Shown one piece after another: positions 1 through 12,190 of a DNA stretch of 64,000 nt. Location of the stretch: NCBI RefSeq assembly GCF_963921235.1, contig NC_086097.1, forward strand, positions 209,686,001-209,750,000, in the 5' to 3' direction. The position numbers and the translations under genes are program-made. How positions within the stretch are numbered: the stretch's first letter is position 1; each line of letters starts with the position of its first letter. The notes below the pieces were generated by a model, which worked only from the letters and a program-made list of their open reading frames with translations, was not told the origin of the DNA and did not search any database. The DNA comes from Mobula hypostoma. Its lineage: Eukaryota.

Positions 1-338
1 TATTCCCCTCACACCAACCTGGTATAATGAAAATAACATGTCCTTAATGTGTATGAGTGGTAAATAATGTAGTTTTGAAGAAGACATGGCTGTGGAAAAG
101 GTACAGGAACATTTCAAGCTATTTGAAATATGTTCTGGCCTTGAAGGGAGGATGAGGACCCTCACTGCCTTTCACTTCCTACTCTCTTATTGCTACAGCT
201 GCAATGGGAGAATGAGATGTGAAAAGCATTGAAAGTCCACACCTTCCTCAAAGTGTTCATCATCACCTGATTTGGCAATCAAAAGTGAGAGTGATAGTCT
301 GGATAGTTTGAACTAGACTCCAATACTTAGAACAAGAA

Positions 339-628
339 CGCAAGATATTCTGCAGATGTTAGAAATCCAGGAGGAACTCAGCAGATCAGCCAGCATCTAT
401 GGAGAGGACTAAACAGTCAATGTTTTGGGCTGAGACTGTTCATCAGGACTGGAGAGGAAGGGCGAAGATGCAAGAATAAGAAGGTAGGGAGAGGAGAGGG
501 AGTACAAGCTAGAAGGCGATATGTGGAGCCAGGTGAGAGGGAAGCGGGTGGGGGAATGAAGAAAGAAGATGGGAAGTGCTAGGTGGGAAAGGTAAAGGGC
601 TAAAGTTCCTCCAGCATTTTATGTCAGT
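339..628 (-). mobile_element. Penelope-like element pLTR fragment with short inverted piece and degenerate hammerhead
   Basis: Minus strand reads ccagtcCTGATGAacagtctcagcccAAAAcattgactg (decayed hammerhead, ~414-451) plus the PLE tail. A short + strand piece agttcctccagcatttt starts at ~604. Flanked by tacttagaacaagaa (324-338) and tacttagaactagaa (629-643). Confidence 0.75.
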
Positions 629-2267
629 TACTTAGAACTAGAAGTTAATTTGAAAGTTCCGTCTCAACCAGGTAACATAGCTCACCAGTAAAATTTCTAC
701 TGGCTGTAGTGTTTCACCATTTGTTTCATACTGAAAATCAATCCTATTTTTTGTGTACAGATGATTCAGAATCTGTGTCACTTGATTTTCCCTGGGTCCA
801 AAGAAATTTTGTTTATTTTCATTATGTTATTTGAATATTGAATATCAGTTGCTGCAGCATGTAAGAAAAAAAGCATCAAATTAATGTCACTGTATTTTTG
901 GAATATAACGAGGACAGAACTGTAATTCAATTGAATTCTTTTTTTTCAGCTGGATAGTAATGTTGACATTTCAGAATGGCATCAGTTCCTTTTTGTTACC
1001 TTATTCAGTGGCATTAAGACGCTAGGTCAATTTTCATGACTGCAAATATTTTCATTTTAGCCTGCTATGTGTCTTTTGTCTTGTATCCAATTGCTCTAAT
1101 AGAATTCGCTTGCAAAATCTCATGGTGACTGCTTGCCGGCATGGATTGGGGAGGGCCATTCTGAGTACTGAAGAAGACATTGAGCTGCATAAACAGACCA
1201 CAAGGTGATTCTGGCCATGTAGTATGGAGCAATCTGTTACCTGTGGTTCACAGTACAGTCATTGTTTGATTTCACTCAGGGGGGCTAAAGCAAGTTGGGA
1301 AGGTGAGATGCCTCTCAGCAGTAGGTGTTAGCATTAATTGAAACTGGATTTTTTTCCATAGGTCTGAAATTCTGTTCTCAAATTTTTGATATAAACCTGT
1401 AGGCTTGATGCATGTGGACCCTCATTTTTTGCTCAGGTGGTTATTTGTGTGTGGCAGCATTTTCAAAATCTCAAGAGCTGATGCAAGCTGCTTTTTTAAA
1501 CAACAAAGTGAAAATGACTAAATTATGTAAATGTTAAAATGTACAGACTGGGTGATTATAATTTTTGCATATAAAGCAGCTGTTTAATAAAATAGCAGCT
1601 GAATTGTTATCTGAATTGTTTTCTTCAAGAAGCATTGAGCATCCCTGTAACCTGCACAGCTACATTAGTGATTGTCGTGGAGACAGACGTAGAGGATAAT
1701 CATGTTGCTTCCACTATAATTTTTGTTCCCTTTTCTGCATTATTTGACTCAGTTCACGTTAAATAAACACTGTTATCCCGTTTGTGATGAGATGGGAAAT
1801 TGGTCACACCTGAAATGACTGTCTCATTGATTATAACCCGTGTAGCATTTAACATGGCGTTTGAGTTATTGTCTACATTTTTTACATTAGAATGCTATCT
1901 TTGGTGTCTCTCTTATAAACTGTATGCTTGCTGGAAAGGCTCAGGCAGGCAAGCCACTGAACTACTCCAGGACTGTTCTCAAAATCAATCAGTCATTAAT
2001 GGTTGCATATATTTTCTTTAAGGACCAAAGCTAGTTATATAAATAGCAGTGAAATTTCTGCAAAAGCACTCATTGCTCACAGCTCCGAAATACTTCTTGG
2101 CTAAACTGCTAAAATGAAAAGAGTTTCAAGAGATGAGCGTCTAAAAGTAAAGAGGTACTCAGACAAGATCTACAATTCATACGGAATAACTGATGAGAAA
2201 ATAGGTTTCATTCTTGGCCCGAGTGAACTTAAAAAAGATTAAAGCATCATCATCAATGTGCTGAAAC

Positions 2268-3216
2268 ACATAGAACCATAGAACATTACAGCACAGAAAG
2301 AGGCCTTTTGGCCCTTCTCGGCTGTGCCGAACCATTTTTCTGCCTAGTCTCACTGACCTGCACCTGGACCATATCCCTCCATACAGCTCTCATCTATGTA
2401 CCTGTCCAAGTTTTTCTTAAATGTTAAAAGTGAGCCCTCATTTACCACTTCATCTGGCAGCTCATTCCACACTCCCACCACTCTCTGTGTGAAGAAGCCC
2501 TCCCTAATGTTCCTTTTAAACTTTTCCCCTTTCACCCTTAACCCATGTCCTCTTTTTTTTCTCCCCTAGCCTCAGTGGAAAAAGCCTGCTTGCATTCGCT
2601 CTATCTATACCCATCATAATTTTATATACCGCTATCAAATCTCCCCTCATTCTTCTATGCTCCAGGGAATAAAGTACTAACCTATTCAACCTTTCTCTGT
2701 AACTCAGTTTCTCAAGTCCCAGCAACATCCTTGTAAACCTTCTCTGCACTCTTTCAAACTTATTAATATCCTTCCTGTAATTTGGTGACCAAAACTGAAC
2801 ACAATACTCCAAATTCGGCCTCACCAATGCCTTATACAACCTCACCATAACATTCCAACTCTTATACTCAATACCTTGATTCATAAAGGCCAATGTACCA
2901 AAAGCTCTCTTTACAACCCTATCTACCTGTGACGCCACTTTTAGAGAATTTTGTATCTGTATTCCTAGATCCCTCTGTTCTACTGCACTCCTCAGTGCCC
3001 TATCATTTACTTTGTATTTTCTACCTTGGTTTGTCCTTCCAAAGTGCAATACCTCACACTTGTCTGTATTAAACTCCATCTGCCATTTTTTAGCCCATTT
3101 TTCCAGCTGGTCCAAATCCCTCTGCAAGCTTTGAAAACCTTCCTCACTGTCCACTACACCTCCAATCTTTGTATCATCAGCAAATTTGCTGATCCAATTT
3201 ACCACATTTACCACAT
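2268..3216 (-). mobile_element. 5'-truncated young CR1 LINE (RT C-terminus and 3' UTR)
   Basis: ORF 2516-3214 has SKFADDTKIGG, WQMEFN..KC, LVRPNLEYCVQFWSP. catagaac repeat tail at ~2269-2285. Very similar to 7226-8185. Confidence 0.95.
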
Positions 3217-3259
3217 GATGAGGAACTATTTAAACAAACCTCCTCATCCCCATAGAGCA

Positions 3260-3725
3260 GGAAGGTGTGTATGCTTTTGCATTTGGTAGAAGGAATAAAG
3301 ACATAGATTATTTTCTAAATGGAGAACAAGTTCAGAAATTTGAAGTGTAAAGGGAGTTGGGAGTTCTGGTGCAATATTCCCTAAAGGTTTATCTTGGAGA
3401 ATGATACGGTAGTGAGGAAGACAAATGCAATGTTAGCATTCATTTCAGGAGGACTAGAATATAAAAGCAAAGATGTAATACTGAGGCACTGTTAGGTATT
3501 GGTGAGCAGTTTTGGGACCCTTATCTGAGAAAGGATATACTGGCATTGGAGAGGGTCCAGAGGAAGCTCGTAAGAATGAAGTCACAAAGAAAGAGTGTAA
3601 CGTATGAGGAGCATTTGATGGCTCTCAGCCTGAACTCACTGGAATTTAGAAGAATGAGGGTGGATCTCGTTGAAACCTATCAAATATTGATAGGCCTAGA
3701 GAGAATGGAAGTGGAGGAAATGAAT
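3260..3725 (+). mobile_element. Degraded CR1 fragment
   Basis: ORF 3546-3761 ERVQRK...SLEFRRMRVDLVETYQIL, the CR1 ORF2 C-terminal motif. Confidence 0.8.
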
Positions 3726-4365
3726 CTCAGGGTAGTATATTGTGGCACACAGATACTTTGATAATAGATTTACTTTGAACTTTAGAAAGGAACTGATTAA
3801 ATCTGTTTGGGAATAGGACTGAAAATTAACAGAATAGGAAATGACCGGGACAAATAACTACTTCATTGGACACAATGGTTGAGCTGTTGATAATGAAACA
3901 GATTCTCTAATGCATCCTCCATACAACCTGTTGCACCATCATTCCATGTAGCAGATTCCTGATTCAGCAGTTTAATTTCTTTTGTATCTTCCCTTCTTAA
4001 AGATCATACAAACCTGCCTTTAGCCCTTTGGAAAAAAAAGGTCTCACTGTTAAATGGTAGAGTTTCTTATTAATAATGCACACTATAGCTTGAGCTGACA
4101 ATGCTGAAACAGATGTTGTTCTTTGTAAGTTCCCAAAGCTTCTGTTACTACAGATGATAGAATCAGCCAGGGAAATGTTGTTGGTTAATACAGGGTTGCT
4201 TGAAACTAGGGATTCAAACACTTCCGATGTGAACATGTCTCCCAGTTGTATGTTCAATCACCTGTCAATAAATTTAATCACAATTGTTACTATTTCTTGT
4301 AATTGATAATGGGGGAGGGCAAGATTTTACGGGAAGAAAAATATCACTGCACAATATATTTAAAT

Positions 4366-4483
4366 GTCTCAGCCTGAAACGTTGACTGAAATCTTTACCA
4401 TAGATGCTTCCTGGCCTGCTGAGTTCCTCCAGCATTTTGTGTTTTGCTTGGATTTCCAGCATCTGCAGATTTTCTAGTGTTTA
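4366..4483 (+). mobile_element. PLE 3' pLTR fragment (3' half of hammerhead plus tail)
   Basis: tctcagcctGAAAcgttgactg...tagatgcttcctggcctgctgagttcctccagcattttgtg...ccagcatctgcagat. Confidence 0.8.
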
Positions 4484-4900
4484 TATTGGTGTTGCTATTT
4501 CTGTATGTTCCATCCTTGGGCTTATGATCGTTTATTGAGTCTCATTGACCATATTACATTGATTAGCATTTCAATCCATTGGAGTTGCAGCCTATCAAAA
4601 ACAAATATATTAATATACAATTAATATTCCTTTCCATAAGTTAATGCTCTGCAAGCATAGAAAACTAGTCTAGTAATAACCCTGAATAAGAAATCTTTGG
4701 TAATGGAAAAAATGATAGATAAAAATTATAACCTCTGTTAAGATCTTAAAATGAGCTATTAGTGTGATATAGCATTGAAGCAAAGCTGTGATACATTTGC
4801 TGATTCTTTATTCACTAGGTGAGAAGATACTGTGTATAATGGAACAGTAACATTCACTCATGGACAAATGAAGCAGAAAGTTATCTGTTTCTAGGGCAGG

Positions 4901-5072
4901 ATCCTGATGAAGGGTCTCAGCCTGAAATGTGGACTGTTTACTCCTTTCTATGGATGCTGCCTGGCCTGCTGAGTTCCTTCAGCATTTTGTGTATGTTGAT
5001 TTCTCCAAATTCCAGTAATTTTTTCCCCCTGCGCATTCTGTCCTTTTCCATTCCCCATTCTGGCTCCTTTCT
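4901..5072 (+). mobile_element. PLE pLTR fragment with degenerate hammerhead
   Basis: CTGATGAagggtctcagcctGAAAtgtggactg followed by the PLE tail and a pyrimidine-rich PLE segment. Confidence 0.75.
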
Positions 5073-6398
5073 AAGAATCATAGAGAAACATAGCATAAAA
5101 ACTGGCCATTTGGCCCATCGAGTCCATGCTGAAACATTTTAAACTTACTCCTCTCATCCATCTGCATCGGGACCAAAGCCCTCCATATCCTTACTATCCA
5201 TGTGCCTATCCAAACTTATCTTAACCTGGCTTAAATTCGAGCTGGTATGCACCACTTATGTTGGCAGCTCATTTCACTCCTTCATGACCCTCTGAGTGAA
5301 GAAGTTTCCCCTCATGTTCCCCATTAAATTTCTCATCTTTCACCCTTAACCCTTAACCCATGATGTCTGGTTTTAGATCCACCCAACTTCAGTGGAAAAA
5401 GTCTGTTTGCACTAACCCTATCTATGCCACTCATAATTTTGTATGCTCCTATCAAATCTCCTCTCAATCTTCTACGTTCTAAAGAATACAGTCCTAACCT
5501 GTTCAATATTTCCTTATTTCTCAGGTCCTCCAGATCCAACAACATTCTTGTAAATTTTCTCTTGCACTCTTTCAACCTTGTTTACATCTTTCCTGTAGAT
5601 AGGTGACCAAAGCTGCACACACTGCTCCAAATTAGATCTCAACAATGTCATATACAACTCAACATAACATCCCATCTCCTGTACTCAATACTTTGATTGA
5701 AGAAGACCAATGTGCCAAAAGCTTTCTTTACAACCCTATCTACCCGTGACACCACTTTCAATGAATTATGGACTTGTATTCCCAGGTCCCTTTGTTGTAC
5801 CACACTCCTCAGTGCCCTACTGTTCACTGTGTAAAACCTAGCCTTGTTGATCCTACTGAAGTGCAAAACCTCACACTTGTCTGCATTGAATTCCGTATGC
5901 CTTTTTTCAGTCCATTTTAACAGCTGCAGCAGATCCCTCTGCAAGTCATGACAGCCTTCCTCACTGTCCACTACACCCCCCAGTCTTGGTGTTATCCATA
6001 TCCATTATCATCCTGATCACTGATATAGATGATAAATAATAAAGGACTCTGCACTGATTCCTGTGGCACACCACTAGTCACAGGCCTCCTGTTAGAGAGG
6101 CAACCCTCTACTGCCACTCTCTGGCTTCTCCCACAAAGCCAAAGTCTGATCCAGTTTACTATCTCATCCTGAATGCTGAGCAACTGAATCATCTCGACTA
6201 GCCTCTCATGTGGGACAATGCCAAATTCCTTACTAAAGTCCACTGACATGCCTTCATCCACTTTCCTAGTAACCTCCTTTAAAAAACTCTATAAGACTGG
6301 TTTGACATAACCGACCACGCATGAAGCCATGCTGACAATCCTCAATCAGTCCGTGTGTGTCCAAATACTTATATATACAGTTCCTTAGAATAGCTTCC
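5073..6398 (-). mobile_element. Older degraded CR1 (3' part), probably continuous with 11681-12190
   Basis: ORF fragments 5333-5575, 5648-5971 and 5992-6261 with CR1 RT motifs (VTSGVPQ, DFSK). Confidence 0.9.
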
Positions 6399-7011
6399 TG
6401 ACATGGTTCCTCTCCTGTGCTGCCAGACAATTATCGAGATGGATGGACTGGTCAATCAGAACCTCTAAGTTCTCTGCTGGTGCTCTCAAGGTGAGGGTAT
6501 CCTTCAGTTCATCTTGGAGATCGTAGGGATATAGCATGGGCAAGGCCTCCCCGTTCCAACCATTCTCCAGGGCCAAGATCCAGAATTCGATCATGTAGTT
6601 GGCCGCTGACTGATCCCCGATGAGTTTTCATCAGGTGGTGTTAGGCTTCGCTGCTTCCAGCGAGGTGATGAAACATCTTCCTCATGGCACCCCTGAACTC
6701 CTCTGAATCTGAGCAAATCTCTGACCTATATTCCCAAAGCGCAGTGGCCCAGTCCAGGCTCTCCAATCAGAAGAGAGATGATGAAGGCCACCTTGTCATT
6801 CTCTAAAGGGAACCTGGATAGCTGGAGTTCAAATACTGATGAGCTTTGGTCAAGGAAGCCACAGCAAGAACCTGAGTCACCGTCGAATCTATGCAGGGTT
6901 GGAAGATGGACTGGCTCCACAGAACAAGCGAACGCCTCAGCTGAGTGGCTGGCTTCCTCCCTGCAATAGTTGACAAACAGTGACCTGGAGCTCATGTATC
7001 TCCAGGCTCTC

Positions 7012-7049
7012 CAGTCCTGACGAAGGGTCTCGGCCTGAAACGTCGACTG
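7012..7049 (+). ncRNA. Minimal type-I hammerhead ribozyme (intact core)
   Basis: CAGTC-CTGACGA-AGG gtctcgg CCT-GAAA CG TC^GACTG. Stem I CAGTC/GACTG, stem II AGG/CCT, palindromic ACGT stem III, predicted cut after 7044. Confidence 0.85.
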
Positions 7050-7107
7050 TACTTCTTCCTAGAGATGCTGCCTGGCCTGCTGTGTTCACCAGTGACTTTG
7101 ATGTGTG
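7015..7107 (+). mobile_element. Short PLE insertion inside gag
   Basis: Hammerhead plus tail to tgatgtgtg, flanked by direct repeat tctccag at 7008-7014 and 7108-7114. Confidence 0.8.
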
Positions 7108-7316
7108 TCTCCAGCTCTGTCTGGAAATGTTCTCACTCTGGTTGGCCACAGCTGCCAAAAGGCTCCAATCCCCTGCTAGTTCGATGTTGGCTCAGTCATA
7201 CTGTGATAAGAGTCCTTGACAAGGATGAATTAGAAACCATACCATAGAAACCATAGAAACTACAGCACAGAAACAGGCCTTTTGGACCTTCTTGGCTGTG
7301 CCGAACCATTTTCTGC

Positions 7317-10200
7317 CTAGTCCCACTGACCTGCACATGGACCATATCCCTCCATACACCTCCCATCCATGTATCTGTCCAATTTATTCTTAAATGTTAG
7401 AAAAGAACCCGCATTTACCACCTCATCTGGCAGCTCATTCCATACTCCCACCACTCTCTGTGTGAAGAAGCCCCCACTAATGTTCCCTTTAAACTTTCCC
7501 CCCCTCACCCTTAACCCATGTCCTCTGTTTTTTTTTCTCCCCTTGCCTCAGTGGAAAAAGCCTGCTTGCATTCACTCTATCTATACCCATCATAATTTTA
7601 TATACCTCTATCAAATCTCCCCTCATTCTTCTACGCTCTAGGGAATAAAGTCCTAACCTATTCAACCTTTCTCTGTAACTGAGTTTCTCAAGTCCTGGCA
7701 ACATCCTTGTAAACCTTCTCTGCACTCTTTCAACCTTATTTATATCCTTCCTGTAATTTGGTGACCAAAACTGAACACAATACTCCAGATTCGACCTCAC
7801 CAATGCCTTATACAACCTCATCATAACATTCCAGCTCTTATACTCAATACTTTGATTAATAAAGACCAATGTACCAAAAACTCTCTTTACGACCCTATAT
7901 ACCTGTGATGCCACTTTTAGGGAATCCTGTATCTGTATTCCCAGATCCCGCTGTTCTACTGCACTCCTCAGTGCCTTAGCATAAACCCTGTATGTTCTAC
8001 CTTGGTTTCTCCTTCCAATGTGCAATACCTCACACTTGTCTGCATTAAACTCCATCTGCCATTTTTCAGCCCATTTTTCCAGCTGGTCCAAGTCCCTCTG
8101 CAGGCTCTGAAAACCTTCCTCACTGTTTACTACACCTCCAATCTTTGTATCATCAGCAAATTTGCTGATCCAATTTACCACATTATCATCCAGATCACTG
8201 ATATAGATGATAAATAACAATGGACCCAGCACTGATCCCTGTGGCACACCACTAGTCACAGGCCTCCACTCGGAGAAGCAACTCTCTGCTACCACTCTTT
8301 GGCTTCTTCCATTGAGCCAATGTCTAATCCAATTTACCACCTCTCCATGTATACCTAGCGACTGAATTTTCCTAACTAACCTCCCATACGGGACCTTGTC
8401 AAAGGCCTTACTGAAGTCCATGTAGACAATATCTACTGCCTTCCCTTCATCCACTTTCCTGGTAACCTCCTCGAAAAACTCCAATAGATTGGTCAAACAT
8501 GACCTACCACGCACAAAGCCATGTTGACTCTCCCTAATAAGTCCCTGTCTATCCAAATGCTTGTAGACTCTGTCTCTTAGTACTCCCTCCAATAACTTAC
8601 CTACTACCGACATTAAACTTACCGGCCTATAATTTCCCGGATTACTTTTCGATCCTTTTTTAAACAACGGAACAACATGAGCCACTCTCCAATCCTCCGG
8701 CACCTCACCTGTAGACAGCGACATTTTAAATATTTCTGCCAGGGCCCCCGCAATTTCAACACTGGTCTCCTTCAAGATCAGAGGGAACACCCTGTCAGGT
8801 CCCAGGGATTTATCCATTTTAATTTTCCTCAAGACAGCAAGGACCTCCTCCTTTTCAATCTGTACAGTTTCCATGATCTCACTACTTGATTCCCTCAATT
8901 CCATAGATTTCATGCCAGTTTCCTTAGTAAATACAGACACAAAAAACCTATTTAAGATCTCCCCCATTTCCTTTGGTTCCGCACATAGCCGACCACTCTG
9001 ATCTTCAAGAGGACCAATTATCCCTTACAATCCATTTGCTCTTAATATGCCTATAAAAGCTCTTTGAATTATCCTTCAATTTGACTGCCAAGGCAACCTC
9101 GTGTCTTCTTTTAGCCCTCCTGATTTCTTTCTTAAGTATTTTCTTGCACTTCTTATACTCCTCAAGCACCTGATTTACTCCCTGTTTCCTATACATGTCA
9201 TACAACTCCCTCTTCTTCTCTATCAGAGTTGCAATATCCTTTGAGAATCAAGGTTCCTTATTCCTATTCACTTTGCCTTTAATCCTGACAGGAACATACA
9301 AACACTGCACTCTCAAAATTTCTCCTTTGAAGGCTTCCCACCTACCGATCGCATCTTTGCCAGAGAACAACCTGTCCCAATCCACGCTTTTTAGATCCTT
9401 TCTCATTTCTTCAAATTTGGCCTTCTTCCAGTTCAGAACCTCAACCCTAGGACCAGATCTATCCTTGTCCATGAACAAGTTGAAACTAATGGTGTTATGA
9501 TCACTGGAACCAAAGTGCTCCCCTACACAGACTTCCGTCACTTGTCCGAACTCGTTTCCTAATAGGAGATCCAATATTGCATCCCCTCTAGTTGGTCCCT
9601 CTATATATTGATTTAGAAAGCTTTCCTGAACACATTTTACAAACTCTAAACCATCTAGACCCCTAACAGTATGGGAGTCCCAATCAATATATGGAAAATT
9701 AAAATCCCCTACCACCACAACTTTATGTTTCCTGCAGTTGCCTGCTATCTCTCTGCAGATTTGCTCTTCCAAGTCTCGTTGACTATTGGGTGGTCTGTAA
9801 AACAATCCCACTAATGTGGCCATACCTTTCCTGTTTCTCAGCTCCACCCATAAGGACTCAGTAGACAAGCCCTCTAATCTGTCCTGCCTGAGCACTGCTG
9901 TAATATTTTCCCTAATAAGCAATGCTACTCCCCCACCTTTCATTCCTCTGCCTCAATCACATCTGAAACATCGGAACCCTGGAATATTAAGCTGCCAGTC
10001 CTGCCCCTCCTGTAGCCAAGTTTCACTAATTGCTATAACAGTCATAATTCCACGTGTCAATCCACGCCCTCAACTCATCCGCCTTCCCCGCAATACTCCT
10101 AGCATTGAAATATATACACCTCAGAAGATTTTTACCACCACTCACAATCAGCGGATTTGCTTGAACTTTTAACATCATTTATTTTCACCCCAGCCACACT
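7317..10200 (-). pseudogene. CR1 ORF2: APE endonuclease + reverse transcriptase (stops/frameshifts)
   Basis: 9248-9943 has KGGGVALL, YRPPN, GDFNFP, ILDLLL, SSDHN (APE). 7489-8967 has GNYRPVSL, QHGFVRGRSCLTNL, DFSKAFDKV, SGVPQGSVLGP, FADD (RT). Confidence 0.95.
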
Positions 10201-10238
10201 GTCAGCTCTGGCACTCTGGTTCCCATCCCCCTGCAAAT

Positions 10239-11170
10239 CTAGTTTAAAGCCTCCCCAACAGCACTAACAAACCTCCCTGAAAGGATATTGGTCCCCCTGT
10301 AGTTCAAGTGTAACCTGTCTCTCTTGTACAGGTCCCATCTGCCCCAGAAGAGGCCCCAAAGATCCTGAAATCTGAAACCCTGCCCCCTACACCAGTTCCT
10401 CAGCCACTTGCTCATCCTCCAGAGCATCCTATTCCTACCCTCACTGGCACGTGGCACAGGTAGCAATCCTGAGATTACCACCCTCGAGGTCCTGCTTTTC
10501 AACTTCCTACCAAGCTCTCTATACTCACTCTCCAGGACCTCCTCACTCTTCCTTGCTATGTCATTGGTACCGATGTGCACCACGACATCTGGCTGATCAC
10601 CCTCCCATTTCAGAATGTTATGCAAGCGATCAGAGACGTCCTTGACCCTGGCACCCAGGAGGCAACAAACCATCCTGGATTCTCTGTCATGACCATAGAA
10701 CCTCCTATCTGCACCTCTAACTATCGAGTCCCCTATCACTACCACTCTCCTCTTTTTCCACCCTCCCTTCTGCACTGCAGAGCCAGACTCAGTGCCAGAG
10801 ATCTGGCTACTGCAGCTAGTCCCAGGTAAGTCATCCCCCCCCAACAGAATCTTGTATACTTGTTGTTGAGGGGAATGGCCACAGGGGAACCCTGCTCTGC
10901 CTGCCCTTTCCTCTTCCCTCGCCTGACAGTGACCCAATTTCCTGTCCTCTGCTCCTTTGGCGTAACCACCTCCCTGTAGCTACTACCTATAATCTCCTCA
11001 TTCTCCCGAATGATCCGCAGGTCATCCACCTCCTGCTCCAGTTACCTAACGCGGTTTGTTAGGGGCTGCAGCTGGATGCAGTTCTTGCAGGTGTCGTTGT
11101 CAGGGACACCGGAGGGTTCCCTGACTTCCCACATCCTGCAAGAGAAGCATTCCAACATCCTGCCTGGCAT
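10239..11170 (-). pseudogene. CR1 ORF1: Zn-finger/coiled coil + SGNH esterase domain
   Basis: ATG at 11170 gives MPGRMLECFSCRMWEVRE...CKNCIQLQ. Downstream VVIGDSIVRG, VVHIGTND and RDRLHLN are SGNH blocks. One in-frame stop and a frameshift. Confidence 0.9.
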
Positions 11171-11453
11171 TCTCTCTACTCTAAACAATCTGAACAAAAA
11201 ACTTACTGGAACCTACCCTGGCCTCTGCCTGTTCTCGCCAAAGCCTGCTGAGCCAAAGCCGTCCCACTCTGACTCAGTCCACTCCGACGATGGCCGCTGT
11301 ATATGGTGGTCTGCTTTTAAACCTTGGCACGCTACATCACGTGCCTGTGCAGTGCAGACCCTTCTCCCAGAGCAGTGTTTTTAAAAAAAATGACTTTTTC
11401 TACCCAATTTCTTCACTCCCTTCTTCAGCTGCTTGCTTTGACTGAAACAAGGA

Positions 11454-11680
11454 CCGTTGAAAATTTCTCTTTGGACGCAAATGCTGGGATATCCAAAGCA
11501 AAGTTTGAGACACGGTATTACAGTGGATCGGAGCTCAAAACAAACAGTAGACAATATAAGTAGGCTTATGATTGAGCACTGAACCACAGTTCAAGTGTTC
11601 CTTAAATACTCAATTCTTGACACTCAGTACATGATTACCAATTAGTGGGACTGTTCTGAACCCTTAAAGGAGCCGTGTCA
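11454..11680 (-). mobile_element. Probable Gypsy 5' LTR (remainder at 7202-7225)
   Basis: Minus strand starts TGACACGG at 11680, has a TATTTAAG box near 11600, and ends TCACA at 7202 directly upstream of the gag region once the CR1 is removed. Confidence 0.55.
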
Positions 11681-12190
11681 GCTATCCATACTCCGGGGGA
11701 TTTGACCGTCTCAATTACAGAAGCTGCTGTTCTTGGTGGCAGATCATAACCTGGCTTCAGGGTAGCAAACACTTCCACCTCTTCTGTAATCATACAGGGT
11801 CCATGAATCTGATGCTGCTTTGCCTCACTTGTATAGTCTTTGTATCCGTCTCTTGAGTAAACGCAGATGCAAAGAATTAATTAAAATCTCCCCTATCTGT
11901 TTTGGCTCCATATGTGGATTACCACTCTGGTCTTCGAGAGGACCAATGTTATCCCTTGCAATCCTTTTGCTCTTTCATATCTGTAGAATCCCTTAGAATT
12001 CTTCACTTTGTCTACTGGAGAAAATTCATGCCTTCTTTTAACATTCCTGATTTCTTTCTTAAGTGTTCTTATACTCCAAAAGCACCTCATTTGTTCCTAC
12101 TCGCCTGTACCTGCTATGCATCTTCTTTTTTCTCATAACCAGGGCCTCAATAACTCTTGAAATCCAAGGTTACCTACATGTGTTATCTTT
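11681..12190 (-). mobile_element. Degraded CR1 ORF2 fragment (upstream part of 5073-6398)
   Basis: LKKEIRNVKRRHE...KGFYRY motif, homologous to the 8800-9260 segment of the young CR1. Confidence 0.75.

Larger units (their letters stand above)
6399..7201 (-). mobile_element. Ty3/Gypsy LTR retrotransposon internal relic (gag pseudogene)
   Basis: Translations FDGDSGSCCGFLDQ..FELQ..RFPLENDKVAFIISLL and YMIEFWILALENGWNGEAL...LQDELKD resemble the vertebrate Gypsy/PEG10-type gag capsid. Frameshifted. Confidence 0.8.
7226..11446 (-). mobile_element. Near full-length young CR1 LINE (~4.2 kb)
   Basis: ORF1, then ORF2 endonuclease and RT, then 3' UTR ending in a (catagaaac)n tail. Candidate TSD acaagga at 7219-7225 and 11447-11453. 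Confidence 0.95.

Noticed and set aside
950..1025. Poly-T acceptor followed by a short open frame (LDSNVDISEWHQFLF...)
   Set aside because: Weak donor and unrecognised peptide, so chance occurrence is likely.
4214..4261. Possible minus-strand terminal exon (ag|VIEHTTGRHVHIGSV*)
   Set aside because: Weak acceptor, unrecognised peptide, and no partner exons found.
6385..6995. Domesticated gag gene (PEG10/RTL-like)
   Set aside because: Frameshifted, interrupted by a PLE and attached to an LTR-like sequence: a decayed retrotransposon.
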